From an uncultured bacterium (GTDB taxonomy: Bacteria > UBA8481): 64,000 nucleotides of DNA. Position 1 is the stretch's first letter. Every line of letters begins with the position of its first letter. Below, piece after piece: positions 38,420 through 48,698 of this stretch. The translations under genes were made by a program, and so were the position numbers. The stretch is taken from contig CAZCME010000004.1 of assembly GCA_964499705.1 (NCBI GenBank), positions 124,001-188,000 on the forward strand, written 5' to 3'. The notes under the pieces were generated by a model that ran no database searches, was not told the DNA's origin, and worked only from the letters and a program-made list of their open reading frames with translations.

Positions 38420-39158
38420 ATTGCCACACGTAGGGGTTTAACCTCTTGCCGTCCAAGGTGAAGGTGGCGTCGGAGAAACCTGTCTTGTACGCCCACCAGA
38501 AGACGCCGTTGTTCGGGCCCGTATAAAGAACGATGAACCCATCGACAACCCCGTCCGCATCGCCGTCATACTGGCTGAAGTCGTGACCCGCGCTGTCATA
38601 ATATCGAAGTGCGTCCTTGATCACGCTATCGCGACCAGCACTCGTCTGGGCGACGGCGTCGCGGGAATACGGTGTCGTGTACCAGCCGAGAACGTTGCCT
38701 GTGATGTCGAGTTGGTTGTACGACGAGCGCTGATAAAAGCTCCTCAGGCTTTCATAGGGATTCGCCGACGGACTTCCGACTCCAAAGATCTTGCTGTCGA
38801 TCTCATTCGCATTGTTCGAGAACGGAGAATCGGCGAAAGCGATACAGAGCACGAAGATCTTGATAGTGCCCCTGGTCTTCATGGATGTCCACGATGGCGG
38901 AGGAGCCTCGATGCCTTCGTCCAATGGCCGGGTTCGATTCTGGAGATTGAATCTCGCGCGCTGTACCAGGCGCGAATCCATCAGGTGATTTCCGGAAGCC
39001 AGCGCACTCTGAACGAACGAATCCCAGGTCCCATCCGCCTTTAATTGCGTAACTTGTTCTGGAATCGGCCGCGTCCAGGCGGTGGCGAATGTCGGAAAAG
39101 CGAGGAGTAATCCTGCTATTGCAAGTAAGATGAATGAGGCACGTTTGAGAATATGCAT
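38337..39158 (-). pseudogene. Truncated M6-family (immune inhibitor A-like) metalloprotease
   Basis: Signal peptide, VLCIAFAD, SLRSFYQRSSYNQL, DFSQYDGDADGVVD; ends before any HExxH. Confidence 0.75.
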
Positions 39159-39278
39159 TCCAAGCCATTATAGAAACGCCGGAAGTGTGCGAACGTAGAA
39201 ATTCATCTGAACTGCACGAAAATGAGTGAAAATTCTTACTGAGGGTGTATTCCGATATGATGACCCTCGATTTCACTT

Positions 39279-40514
39279 CTATATCGTCAAGTTCGTCTTG
39301 ATTCTCTCGATCGCTTCTTTCACCCGATCCGCTGAGCCGAACGCGCTCAGGCGGAAATATCCTTCTCCGGCCGGACCGAATCCGCTGCCGGGCGTGCCGA
39401 CCACCTGGACCTCCTGCAGAAACTTGTCGAAGAAGGACCAGCTGTCGATGCCGGCGGGCGTCTTGAGCCAAATGTACGGCGCGTTCACGCCGCCAAATAC
39501 TTTCAACCCGGCGGATTCGAGACCGGCCCGGATCACGCGCGCATTATTCATGTAATACGCGATCAATTCGCGCACCTCGCGCCGGCCTTCTTCGGAGTAC
39601 ACCGCTTCCGCGGCCCGCTGAACGGGATAGGAAACTCCGTTGAACTTCGTGCAGTGGCGGCGGTTCCAGAGCTGGTTGATGCCGACGGAGATGCCGTTCG
39701 CGTCGCAGCCGTGAAGCGTCTTCGGGACGACCGTGTAGGCGCATCGGACGCCCGTGAATCCGGCGTTCTTGGAGAAGCTCCTGAATTCGATGGCGCACTC
39801 CCGGGCTCCCTCGATCTCGTAGATCGAGTGCGGGATGGACGGATCGCTGATGTAGGCTTCGTACGCGGCATCGAAGAGGATGATGGACTGGTTTTTCCGC
39901 GCATAGGCGACCCATTTCTCCAGCAGCGGGCGCGGCATGACGGCGCCCGTCGGATTATTGGGGGAGCAGAGATAAATGAGGTCGAGTTTGTCGGACGGCG
40001 GCTCCGCCGTGAAATCCGTCTCCGCCGTGCACCGAAGATATCTCAAGCCCGCATAATATCCCGCTTCGCCGCAGCCGCCGGTCCGGCCCGCCATGACATT
40101 CGTGTCGACATACACGGGATAGACAGGATCCTGCACGGCGATGACATTTCCCTCACCGAAGATCTCGATGATGTTTCCCGTATCGCATTTCGATCCGTCC
40201 GAAACGAATATTTCGTCCGGTTCGACATGAGCGCCGCGGCTCTTGAAATCCTGCGATGCGATCTTCTCCAGGAGAAAGGGATAGCCCTGCTCGGGACCGT
40301 AGCCCCGGAACGTCTCCTCCTTCGCCATGTCGTCCACGCCACGATGAAACGCGGCCAGGACCGAAGGGGTCAGCGCGCGCGTGACATCGCCGATGCCGAG
40401 TCGGATGATGTCGGCGTCCGGATGCGCGGCCTTGTACTGGGATGTGCGCCGGGCAATCTCGGGAAAGAGATATCCGGCTCTTAACTTGAGATAGTGATCG
40501 TTGATCTTCGTCAT
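39279..40514 (-). CDS. dapL: LL-diaminopimelate aminotransferase
   Basis: [60 protein letters not shown]. Confidence 0.96.
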   Translation of the reverse strand: MTKINDHYLKLRAGYLFPEIARRTSQYKAAHPDADIIRLGIGDVTRALTPSVLAAFHRGVDDMAKEETFRGYGPEQGYPFLLEKIASQDFKSRGAHVEPDEIFVSDGSKCDTGNIIEIFGEGNVIAVQDPVYPVYVDTNVMAGRTGGCGEAGYYAGLRYLRCTAETDFTAEPPSDKLDLIYLCSPNNPTGAVMPRPLLEKWVAYARKNQSIILFDAAYEAYISDPSIPHSIYEIEGARECAIEFRSFSKNAGFTGVRCAYTVVPKTLHGCDANGISVGINQLWNRRHCTKFNGVSYPVQRAAEAVYSEEGRREVRELIAYYMNNARVIRAGLESAGLKVFGGVNAPYIWLKTPAGIDSWSFFDKFLQEVQVVGTPGSGFGPAGEGYFRLSAFGSADRVKEAIERIKTNLTI

Positions 40515-40559
40515 GATGACGGAGGATAGCATGTGTCAGGCCGAGGCTCCAACACACTC

Positions 40560-40757
40560 TCAGGCGATCAGGTCGAGATTCTTTCCCAGGTAGCGGATAT
40601 GAACGGGAGCTCCGGAAACCAGCTCATCCTGGTCATCCGTCGCGCCTTCTGTTTCCGCCGGCTTGGCGGTTTTATTCTTGCCGCGGTGAGCATCGGCCTG
40701 CTTGAGTTCCAGGTCGCCCAGCGACTTGGGATTGGAGCTGTCAACGCGGCTGATCAT
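40560..40757 (-). CDS. Small protein with C-terminal G..LD..A motif (YjfB/motility-protein-like)
   Basis: Ends YLGKNLDLIA; sigma28-like promoter upstream. Confidence 0.6.
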   Translation of the reverse strand: MISRVDSSNPKSLGDLELKQADAHRGKNKTAKPAETEGATDDQDELVSGAPVHIRYLGKNLDLIA

Positions 40758-40764
40758 AGGTCTT

Positions 40765-40791
40765 TAATCGGTAGAATTGGGTCAAAAGTTA
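40765..40791 (-). promoter_or_regulatory. Sigma28 (FliA)-like promoter
   Basis: TAAC-N15-ACCGATTA vs consensus TAAA-N15-GCCGATAA. Confidence 0.5.
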
Positions 40792-40857
40792 ACGGTTTTG
40801 AAGGGGCCAGGAGTCTTGACCTCGGCGAGGGCGGCGGGCTATCCTTTCCCAGAACCG

Positions 40858-41802
40858 ATGGACTACCAACAGCTGATTCGCGAGAAGCATATCTGGGTCA
40901 TCCGGCTCCGCTTCGTCCTCTCGTTCGTCCTGGCGGGAAGCTACATCCTCAAGGTGCCCGTCGACAGCATCCTGGATTTATCCCTGTCCTGGCCAATGCT
41001 CGCCCTGGCCGCCATCATCCTCATTATCGTCTCGGCAAACTTCATCTGGCTTCGCCTGTTGAAGCGCAATGAAGTGCCTCTCGAATCCATCGGATATTAC
41101 CAGTGCATCTTCGACCTCCTCGTGGTGACTCTTCTGGTCCACCAGTACGGAGCGCGCGGGCTGTTCGCTTATCTCTACGTGCTCGTTATCCTTATTTCCG
41201 GAGTTCTTCTCCAGCGAAAGGGCATCATCCTCATCGCGGCGATGTCGAGCGTGCTGTTCCTGCTGTTGCTCCTGATGGAGCACTTCGGTTACACCGTTCC
41301 CCTGCCGCCTGTCCTGGGTGGCGTGGGACTTCTACCCGCCAACGTCCAGTTCCTCATAGACATCTGCATCAAGGGATTCTTCTTCTACCTCGTCGCCATC
41401 TCCTGCGCCAACATGCAGGACATGCTGCAGAAGGCCGCGAAGGAGAGCGAGTTCATGGCGAATTTCAACCAGGGAATCGTCGACATGGTTCCGATCGGGA
41501 TCATGGTGATCGACGCGGGCCGGAACATCGCCATGTACAATCCCATGATGGCGCAGACGACGCAGATCGAGGCCGCCGACGCCCTGGGCAAGACGCTCAC
41601 GGAGACGTTCAAGGGCATAGACGACACGTGGGAAACCGCCCTCTCGCAGGTGGAATCGACCGGCGAGGAAGTGCGATTGCTCGGCACTCTCATTCCGGCC
41701 TCGGGCGGCCGCTCGATCCGGTGCAATGTCCGCTTCCAGCCCCTGAAAATCGGGGACCAGGTGCTCGGCTCCGTCTGCCTCGTTCAGACCGCGGCGCGCT
41801 GA
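40858..41802 (+). CDS. PilS-like multi-TM membrane protein with PAS domain, no kinase core
   Basis: QCIFDLLVVTLLVHQYG...FAYLYVLVIL..G..L; PAS GIVDMVPIGIMVID....YNP; stop right after PAS. Confidence 0.75.
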   Translation: MDYQQLIREKHIWVIRLRFVLSFVLAGSYILKVPVDSILDLSLSWPMLALAAIILIIVSANFIWLRLLKRNEVPLESIGYYQCIFDLLVVTLLVHQYGARGLFAYLYVLVILISGVLLQRKGIILIAAMSSVLFLLLLLMEHFGYTVPLPPVLGGVGLLPANVQFLIDICIKGFFFYLVAISCANMQDMLQKAAKESEFMANFNQGIVDMVPIGIMVIDAGRNIAMYNPMMAQTTQIEAADALGKTLTETFKGIDDTWETALSQVESTGEEVRLLGTLIPASGGRSIRCNVRFQPLKIGDQVLGSVCLVQTAAR

Positions 41803-41832
41803 GAGGTTCGCTGGAATCTCCCGGCTTCACGC

Positions 41833-42759
41833 ATGATCCGCTCCTCCATCGACATCGGCACGAATTCCGTCCGCCTCCTCGTCACCGATCCCGACGTGCG
41901 ACCGCTCAAGGCTCTTGTATCCCGTCTCCGCATCACGCGGCTCGGCAGGGGGCTGGATGAATCCGGCCTCATCTCCGATGAATCCGCGCGCTCGACCGTG
42001 GATGCCGTGGCGGATTTCGCCCGCGAGGCGCGGGAGTGGAATTCCGAGCCTCTGCTCTTCGGCACAGCGGCGCTGCGGGAAGCCGGCAACGGCGCGGAAG
42101 TCGCCGAACGGATCCGTTCCGCTTCCGGTTGCGAGGTCCGGATCGTCTCGGGAAATCTCGAAGCTCTCATCACGTTTCGCGGGGCGCTCCTCGGCCTGGA
42201 TGATGCCCGGAATACGATGGTCCTGGACATCGGAGGCGGTTCGACGGAGTTCATCACTCTGAATTCTGCCCGAACCGGCGACACCAGCCGGATCGGACTC
42301 CATGATATTCACGCCGTGTCGCTCAAGCTGGGATCGGTGCGCCAGGCCGAACGGCATCTCCGCAGCGATCCTCCGGCAGGCCGGGAAGTCGACTGCCTGC
42401 TGGAGGAAGTCTCGGGGATCGTGCGCGAAGGCATCGCCGGCAGGTCGGCCGAACGCCTCTGCGGCGTGGCGGGATCTGTGACGCAGCTCGCGGCGCTGGA
42501 ATTGGAAATGGAGACATACGATCCCGATCGCATCAACGGATATTTTCTCCCGCTGCCGCGCATCGAATCATGGATCGATCGCTTCGCGCGCTCGACCGTC
42601 GAGGAGCGAAGGCATCTCAAGGGGATGGTTCCCCAGCGTGCGGAGACTGTCCTGGCCGGAACCGCGATCCTGCGAGAGACGGTCAGGCAACTGGGGCTCG
42701 CGGGAACCTATGTCAGCGACTTCGATTCGCTCTGGGGAGCATTGGACGGATTGACATGA
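41833..42759 (+). CDS. ppx: Ppx/GppA family phosphatase
   Basis: IDIGTNSVRL, TAALREAGN, LDIGGGSTE. Confidence 0.93.
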   Translation: MIRSSIDIGTNSVRLLVTDPDVRPLKALVSRLRITRLGRGLDESGLISDESARSTVDAVADFAREAREWNSEPLLFGTAALREAGNGAEVAERIRSASGCEVRIVSGNLEALITFRGALLGLDDARNTMVLDIGGGSTEFITLNSARTGDTSRIGLHDIHAVSLKLGSVRQAERHLRSDPPAGREVDCLLEEVSGIVREGIAGRSAERLCGVAGSVTQLAALELEMETYDPDRINGYFLPLPRIESWIDRFARSTVEERRHLKGMVPQRAETVLAGTAILRETVRQLGLAGTYVSDFDSLWGALDGLT

Positions 42760-43715
42760 CAACATATCGGGAGATCCTGGCGAAATCCCCGATCGTCGGA
42801 GCGCCTCTGGCGGAAGTGACGGATTATCCCTTCCGCCGCATCCAGCGGCTCTTCTCCGACGGCCTCGTGCACACCGAGATGGTCGCCAGCGTCGGATTGC
42901 TGCACGAAAACGCGAAGACGTTCCGGATGGTTTCGACCATACCCGATGAAGAACCTCCGGTCGGAATCCAGATCATGGGCTCCGACGAGGAGACGGTCGG
43001 CCTGACCGTTCGGCGCATCGCGCAACTGAGACCGACGATCATCGACATCAACATGGCGTGCCCCGTCCGCAAGATCCTGAAATCAAACTGCGGCGCATGG
43101 CTCCTGGAGAACCCGGAACGCGCCACCCGGATCGTGAAAGCGGCGAAATCGGAGACCGATCTGCCCATCGGCGTGAAGATCCGGCTGGGACTTTCGGAAG
43201 TGACCGTGGACCGGACCGTGGACGCGCTCCTGGAGGGCGGCGTGGATGCCATCTCCATTCACGGCCGGACCGCGGCTCAGATGTACACCGGCCGATCCGA
43301 CCGCGCGGCGATACTCTCCGTGGCGCGCCGCGTTCCCGTGCCGGTCATCGCCTCCGGCGACGTCTTCTCGACTCAGGATGTGCTGGAGCTCCTGGGCGGC
43401 GGCGCATCCGGCGTCCTTGTGGCGCGCGGCATGATGGGCCGACCCTGGTTCCTGGCGGAAGCGAAGGCGGCCGCGAAGAATCTGCCCATGCCTTCCAGGC
43501 CCGACGTCGCGGAAATCGTCCTCCTTCATCTCCGCCATATCGTCGACTTTTACGGCGAAGACGGCATCCGGAAATTCCGCCGGCATCTTGTCGAATACGT
43601 CCGCGGCCTGCCCGGAGCCCCCCGCTTGAGGCACGCGCTCGTCACGGCCAGGTCATCCGCCGAGATCGAAGCCATCATATTCGCGTCGATCCGGGGTGAC
43701 GGCGCGGCCGCATAG
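42756..43715 (+). CDS. dusB: tRNA-dihydrouridine synthase
   Basis: APLAEVTDYPFR, TEMV, IDINMACP, VKIRLG, IHGRT. Confidence 0.9.
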   Translation: MTTYREILAKSPIVGAPLAEVTDYPFRRIQRLFSDGLVHTEMVASVGLLHENAKTFRMVSTIPDEEPPVGIQIMGSDEETVGLTVRRIAQLRPTIIDINMACPVRKILKSNCGAWLLENPERATRIVKAAKSETDLPIGVKIRLGLSEVTVDRTVDALLEGGVDAISIHGRTAAQMYTGRSDRAAILSVARRVPVPVIASGDVFSTQDVLELLGGGASGVLVARGMMGRPWFLAEAKAAAKNLPMPSRPDVAEIVLLHLRHIVDFYGEDGIRKFRRHLVEYVRGLPGAPRLRHALVTARSSAEIEAIIFASIRGDGAAA

Positions 43716-43833
43716 CCCTCAAAAATTCCAAAAACCTCTCAAGACCTCCTTAAAGCTCTCCGATTGTCTAGGGACAGGCGCACCTGTGCGCAGCACACGA
43801 CACAGCAGTCGACACGGAAATTCGGAGGCAGAT

Positions 43834-46155
43834 ATGAACGCAGCTTTTTTTGAGACCATGATGCAGAGAGCGCAGGAACTTTTCGGAGCGGCATGCGGGG
43901 CGATTTCTCCGCTGACGCGACGTATGTCCTCGACCATGGGCGAGGAGAGCTCGCCGTTATCCGTATGGATCGGAAGAGCCCTCACGATTTTCGTTCTCGC
44001 GGGACTGTTCCTTCTTTTCGAGCGGATGACGATCGTATTCGCTGCGGCTACCTTCGTCGCCTGGCTCGTATTCAGGCCCCGGGAAGGCGCGGCACGCCCG
44101 GCGGTGCGCGAGCGAAGGGACATGGCGCGGGCCTCGGTGCCGGTTGCGCGAAGGCAGGATCCCGCGCCACGTCGCGAGGAAGCCAGCTCCGGATCCGCGG
44201 AGAATGACAACATCGCCGAGATCATTCCTCTCAACAACTCGTTTGCTCCCGCGTGGCAGGATGTCGATGATTTTCTCCGGGCGACGCTGGAGATCATCAA
44301 GACCCGGTTCGAGTTCCATACCGCGAATATCTTCCTCCGCGGCGACGATAAGTCGCTTCTCATCCAGCGCGCCTTCGTCTCCTACACGACGACGGTCGCG
44401 CGACTCGCGGTCATCAAGTTCGGCCACGGGCTCGTCGGCTGGGTCGCCGCCAACAAGCGGCCGATGGTCGTCGGAAACCTCCGGCACGAAGGCCGGTCGA
44501 TGGGATATTACCGCGCCGCGGGCGAGCACATCGCGTCGTTCGCGGCGGTGCCGATCGTCGTGGGCGAGGAAGTCGTCGGCGTGATTTCGCTGGATCACAC
44601 GAAGCCCGACGCCTTCGCCTCCCCGGAAACCGAAGAGGCCCTCCTGGCCGTTTCAGGCCTCCTGGCACGTGTTCTCGGGGCGGAAGAGAAGATGGAACTC
44701 TCCACGCGCGAGGCCGACCGGATCCGCGAAGCGCGCCGCATTCTCCGCGCCGCCTATGAAGCGTCCGACCTCGACAGCGCCGCCGCTGCCGCCTTGAAGC
44801 AGCTCGTGACGCTCACCGATTTCCACGCCCTCGCCTGTTATCTCCTCGATGAAAAAGGCTCCCCGTCGCGTCGCGCCTCCATCGGCTTCAACAGCATTCT
44901 CGCCAACGAGGTCAAGGAGCCCATCATGCTGCGCGCGATCAACCAGGCGATGGCCCAGATGAGCCCGTTCCGCGTGGAGGGCGTCGCGTTGGCGGCGCAA
45001 TATCGCGCGGTCAAATCCGCGGGCGGAGCCGTGCCGGAATTTCTCATCGCCCTGCCCATCCTTCACGGCGGCGAGGTGATCGGCGGATTCGTGGCGGAAC
45101 TGGCGGAGCGGAAGGCGTACGACGAGCGGATCGAGGGGATTCTCACCGACGTCGTGAACGACATGGGCGGAGCACTCGTGCGCGTCTACAAGGCCGCCAG
45201 CGCCGAAGGCGCCGCCCAGGTGGAAGGCGAACTGATGCAGTTTTCATCGGGGCTCCTGCAGGCTGAAACCACGGAGGAGATCTGGGAGGCTCTCTTCGCG
45301 CTCCTGTTCACGAAGACGTCCGCCACGTCCGCGATGGCGTACCGCCGCACGGACAAGGGATTCATTCTCGAATCCGTCGCGGGCTGCACCCCCACGGAGA
45401 ATTTCGCGCCCCTCGATGAGGGGCTCCTCGGCTGGACCGCTCTCGCGGGACGACCTGTCACCTCCTCGCGTGAGGATCGGCGAAAGCCTCCGGTCGACGA
45501 GGGACAGAGCTATCTCGCGTTTCCCATCGGCGCGCCGAAATTCGAGTCGCAGTCGACGCGCAACACCGGGACAAGAAGCGTCGTGATTCTCTGTTCCGAA
45601 GAAAAGCGCGCCTTCACATCGGATGACATGGACAGGGTCCGGGAGATCGCCTCGGCGATCGAGCCGGTCATCCAGACGCTCGACCGGATGGAGGAATTCC
45701 GGATGAAGCTCGACCAGGATGAATTGACCGGCCTTCTGAACGAAGCGGGCTTCCGCCGCAGGCTCGGCGTCATGGCGATCGGTTCGGACGTCAGCCTCAT
45801 CTCCGCGCGCGTCGAGAATTTCGCGGAGCTCACCGATGAATTCGGGCGCCGCGAAACGCGCGCCTTCACCAAGCGCGTGGCGAATCTCCTGGAGACGACC
45901 GTGAGTCGACGCGGAATCCTCGCGAGGATCGAGGGTGGCCAGTTTGTCGCGGCCGTCAAGGGCGAGGCCTCCCCCTTGCTGCATGAAATCTCTTCCGCGC
46001 TCGACACTCCCTCCATCTCGCGTCTCGGCGAATCCGACGTGCGTTTTCGCGTTTCATCGGTTTCCACACAGGAGGGAGTGCGCTGCGAAGAATTGGTGGA
46101 TGCGGCGGACAGCCGGCTTTCGCCCTCCTATCGCCGGGCTGTCGGAGCGGCATAG
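43834..46155 (+). CDS. Membrane-anchored multi-GAF protein with degenerate GGDEF domain
   Basis: GGAGG RBS; 2 TM; GHGLVGWVAAN and EGLLGWTA GAF motifs; DELTGLLN...ARIEGGQF. Confidence 0.8.
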   Translation: MNAAFFETMMQRAQELFGAACGAISPLTRRMSSTMGEESSPLSVWIGRALTIFVLAGLFLLFERMTIVFAAATFVAWLVFRPREGAARPAVRERRDMARASVPVARRQDPAPRREEASSGSAENDNIAEIIPLNNSFAPAWQDVDDFLRATLEIIKTRFEFHTANIFLRGDDKSLLIQRAFVSYTTTVARLAVIKFGHGLVGWVAANKRPMVVGNLRHEGRSMGYYRAAGEHIASFAAVPIVVGEEVVGVISLDHTKPDAFASPETEEALLAVSGLLARVLGAEEKMELSTREADRIREARRILRAAYEASDLDSAAAAALKQLVTLTDFHALACYLLDEKGSPSRRASIGFNSILANEVKEPIMLRAINQAMAQMSPFRVEGVALAAQYRAVKSAGGAVPEFLIALPILHGGEVIGGFVAELAERKAYDERIEGILTDVVNDMGGALVRVYKAASAEGAAQVEGELMQFSSGLLQAETTEEIWEALFALLFTKTSATSAMAYRRTDKGFILESVAGCTPTENFAPLDEGLLGWTALAGRPVTSSREDRRKPPVDEGQSYLAFPIGAPKFESQSTRNTGTRSVVILCSEEKRAFTSDDMDRVREIASAIEPVIQTLDRMEEFRMKLDQDELTGLLNEAGFRRRLGVMAIGSDVSLISARVENFAELTDEFGRRETRAFTKRVANLLETTVSRRGILARIEGGQFVAAVKGEASPLLHEISSALDTPSISRLGESDVRFRVSSVSTQEGVRCEELVDAADSRLSPSYRRAVGAA

Positions 46156-46160
46156 GAAAA

Positions 46161-46225
46161 GGATGAAGGATGAAATATGAAGGATGAAAATATTCGTTCC
46201 CGTTTCAAAAAAATGCTTCATCCTT
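46161..46225. repeat. Short heptamer tandem repeat with inverted copy
   Basis: GGATGAA GGATGAA ATATGAA GGATGAA (46161-46188) and CTTCATCCTT (46216-46225). Confidence 0.6.
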
Positions 46226-46233
46226 AATTCACT

Positions 46234-47736
46234 ATGACCACCAGGATCGGCGGAAAGGCCCTCGCGATGAGCGCCGGCGTCGGGATTTCACGGATCACCG
46301 GGCTCCTGAGGGAGCAGAGCTTCGCGTATCTCTTCGGAGCCTCTCCCGCGACACAGGCGTTCGTCGCGGCGTTTCGCATTCCGAATTTCTTCAGAGATCT
46401 CCTGGCGGAGAACATCGCATCTGCCGCCGTTCTGCCCACGTACATCGGCATCCGCGAGAAGGAAGGTCCGGAAGCCGCGAGCCGGTTCGCGGCTTCCACG
46501 CTCGCGCTGATTCTCACCGCGGCATGCATCATCGTCGCCTTGGGAATTCTCCTGGCGGAACCGATCTGCCATCTGGTGGCTCCGGGATTCGCGTCCGATC
46601 CCGGCAAGTTCACGCTCATGGTGACTCTGACGCGATGGCTCTTCCCCTTTCTCCTCCTGATCTCCATCGCGGCTTACTTCCAGGCCATCCAGAACGCGGC
46701 CGGGAGATTTTTCCTCCCCGCGGCTTCCACAGCGGGCCTCAACATCGGCTTCATCGCCGCCGGATGGTATTTCTCCAGTCTCCTGGATCCTCCCATTCTC
46801 GGCATGGCCTGGGGCGCGCTCTGCGGCGGCCTCGTCGCGGTCCTCATGCTCGCTCCCGGATATCGCAGCGCCACGGGCTCCTTGCGGCTCGAATCCTTCT
46901 CCGGAAAAGCGGAAATCCATTCGATGCTGTGGCTCGCCGCTCCGGTCGTTCTCGGTGTCGCCGCCACGAACATCAACGTCCTCGTCAACACCTTCGCCGC
47001 TTCCTATGCGGAAGACGGAGCCATCGCGTGGCTTAATTACGGCTATCGCATCATGCATCTCCCGCTCGGGCTCATCGCGGTCAGCCTCGGATCGGCCGCG
47101 CTGCCCGCTCTCTCCAGGGCGTTCGCCTCGGGCGACAAGGAGCAATTCCGCGTGACGATCGGGGAAGCTCTCTCCCACTCCATCCGCCTCTCGATTCCGG
47201 CCACGCTGGGGCTGGTGCTGTTGCGCGACGATATCGTCGATGTGCTGTACGGATACGGCCGATTCACGGCGGACGATGTGCGCCACACGGGGCTGGCCCT
47301 GGCCGCCTACTGCGTCGGCATCCCCGCGTTCTCCTTCAACAGGATTCTCGCTCCGGCGTTTTACGCGCGCAAGGACACGAGGACGCCCGTCCGCATCGGG
47401 ATGGTTTCCGTCCTGACGAACATGGCCGGCAACGCCGCGGCACTCTACCTGGGTTACGGTTATCTCGGCATCGCGCTGGCCGCTTCCGTCGCCGGCTGCG
47501 TCCAGATGTCCCTGCTTCTCGTCACGCTGCGGCGAAAGGCCGGACGTATCGGAGGACGGATCATGGCGCGCGCGCTCGCGTGGACCGTCCTCGTCTGCGC
47601 GCTCATGGCGGGATCCATGCTCATGGCGAAAGAGGCCGGCATCGAAAACCTTTACGCTCGCCTGGCCGCTGAAATCGCGTCGGGATGCGCGATTTATGGA
47701 GTCGCGTTGGGAATTTCGAAACGGATGAGGATCTAG
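46234..47736 (+). CDS. murJ: Lipid II flippase MurJ
   Basis: SRITGLLRE, AFRIPNFFR, YGYRIMHLPLG, FYARKDTRTP. Confidence 0.95.
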   Translation: MTTRIGGKALAMSAGVGISRITGLLREQSFAYLFGASPATQAFVAAFRIPNFFRDLLAENIASAAVLPTYIGIREKEGPEAASRFAASTLALILTAACIIVALGILLAEPICHLVAPGFASDPGKFTLMVTLTRWLFPFLLLISIAAYFQAIQNAAGRFFLPAASTAGLNIGFIAAGWYFSSLLDPPILGMAWGALCGGLVAVLMLAPGYRSATGSLRLESFSGKAEIHSMLWLAAPVVLGVAATNINVLVNTFAASYAEDGAIAWLNYGYRIMHLPLGLIAVSLGSAALPALSRAFASGDKEQFRVTIGEALSHSIRLSIPATLGLVLLRDDIVDVLYGYGRFTADDVRHTGLALAAYCVGIPAFSFNRILAPAFYARKDTRTPVRIGMVSVLTNMAGNAAALYLGYGYLGIALAASVAGCVQMSLLLVTLRRKAGRIGGRIMARALAWTVLVCALMAGSMLMAKEAGIENLYARLAAEIASGCAIYGVALGISKRMRI

Positions 47737-48698
47737 GAAACCGCTTTCTTCCGGCTCCACCACTCCACAAGCTGCCGCAATCCGTCTTCCAAGGACACCT
47801 GCGTCCTGAATCCCAGCATCGTCTCCGCCTTGGACACATCGGCGAGGCGACGCGGCACGGGATTCACCTTCCGCTCAGGACCGTACTCCGGTTGCATGTC
47901 CGATTTCATCACCTTCAGGAGCATCCGGGCCAGGTCATTGAGACTCGTCTCCGTGCCGCTGGCGATGTTGAAGACCTCGTCGGAGATATCTGATTTCGCG
48001 GCGAGCATGCAGGCGCGGGCGATGTCCTCGACATAGACGAAGTCCATTGTCTGGGCGCCGTCGCCGAAGATGAGCGGAGCCTTGCCGTCGACGATCCGCT
48101 CCATCCACTTGATGAAGACTTCCGTGTAGGCGCCGTGCATGTCCATCCGCGGTCCGTAGACATTGAAGAAGCGGAGCGCGACATAATTCATGCCGAACAT
48201 TTCGTTGAAGCAGCGGCAGAGTCCTTCGTTGAAGGCCTTCGCGGCGCCATAGAGCGTCCTGTTGTTGTAGGGATGATGTTTTTCCGTCGTGGGAAAATCG
48301 TCGGCAAGGCCGTAGATCGATGCGGTCGACGCGGTGACGACCTTCTTGACTTTCGCCTCCACCGCCGCTTCATACACGTTGTACGCGCCGTCCACGAGAA
48401 CTTCCAGAGCGAGGCGGGGCTGCTCCGCGCACTGGATGATGCGGAGCGCGGCCATGTGAAAGAGGAGATCGATGCCGGTCATGGCCTCCTTCAATACGCT
48501 CCGGTCGCAGATGTCGCCGGTCATCACCGTGACCGGAACTTTTTCCATCGCCTTGAAGAGATTCTCGCGCCGGCCGCGGACAAAATTGTCCAGGACGACG
48601 ATCTCCTTGACCTTCTCGCCGCCGCAGAGCTCCGCGATGTGGGACCCGATGAGCCCCGCTCCGCCCGTGATGAGGACGCGCTTGCCTTCCAGGTTCAC
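47733..48698 (-). CDS. NAD-dependent epimerase/dehydratase
   Basis: ITGGAGLIGS, YGAAK, RFFNVYGP, DFVYVED; GTG overlaps DegT stop. Confidence 0.92.
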   Translation of the reverse strand: MNLEGKRVLITGGAGLIGSHIAELCGGEKVKEIVVLDNFVRGRRENLFKAMEKVPVTVMTGDICDRSVLKEAMTGIDLLFHMAALRIIQCAEQPRLALEVLVDGAYNVYEAAVEAKVKKVVTASTASIYGLADDFPTTEKHHPYNNRTLYGAAKAFNEGLCRCFNEMFGMNYVALRFFNVYGPRMDMHGAYTEVFIKWMERIVDGKAPLIFGDGAQTMDFVYVEDIARACMLAAKSDISDEVFNIASGTETSLNDLARMLLKVMKSDMQPEYGPERKVNPVPRRLADVSKAETMLGFRTQVSLEDGLRQLVEWWSRKKAVS

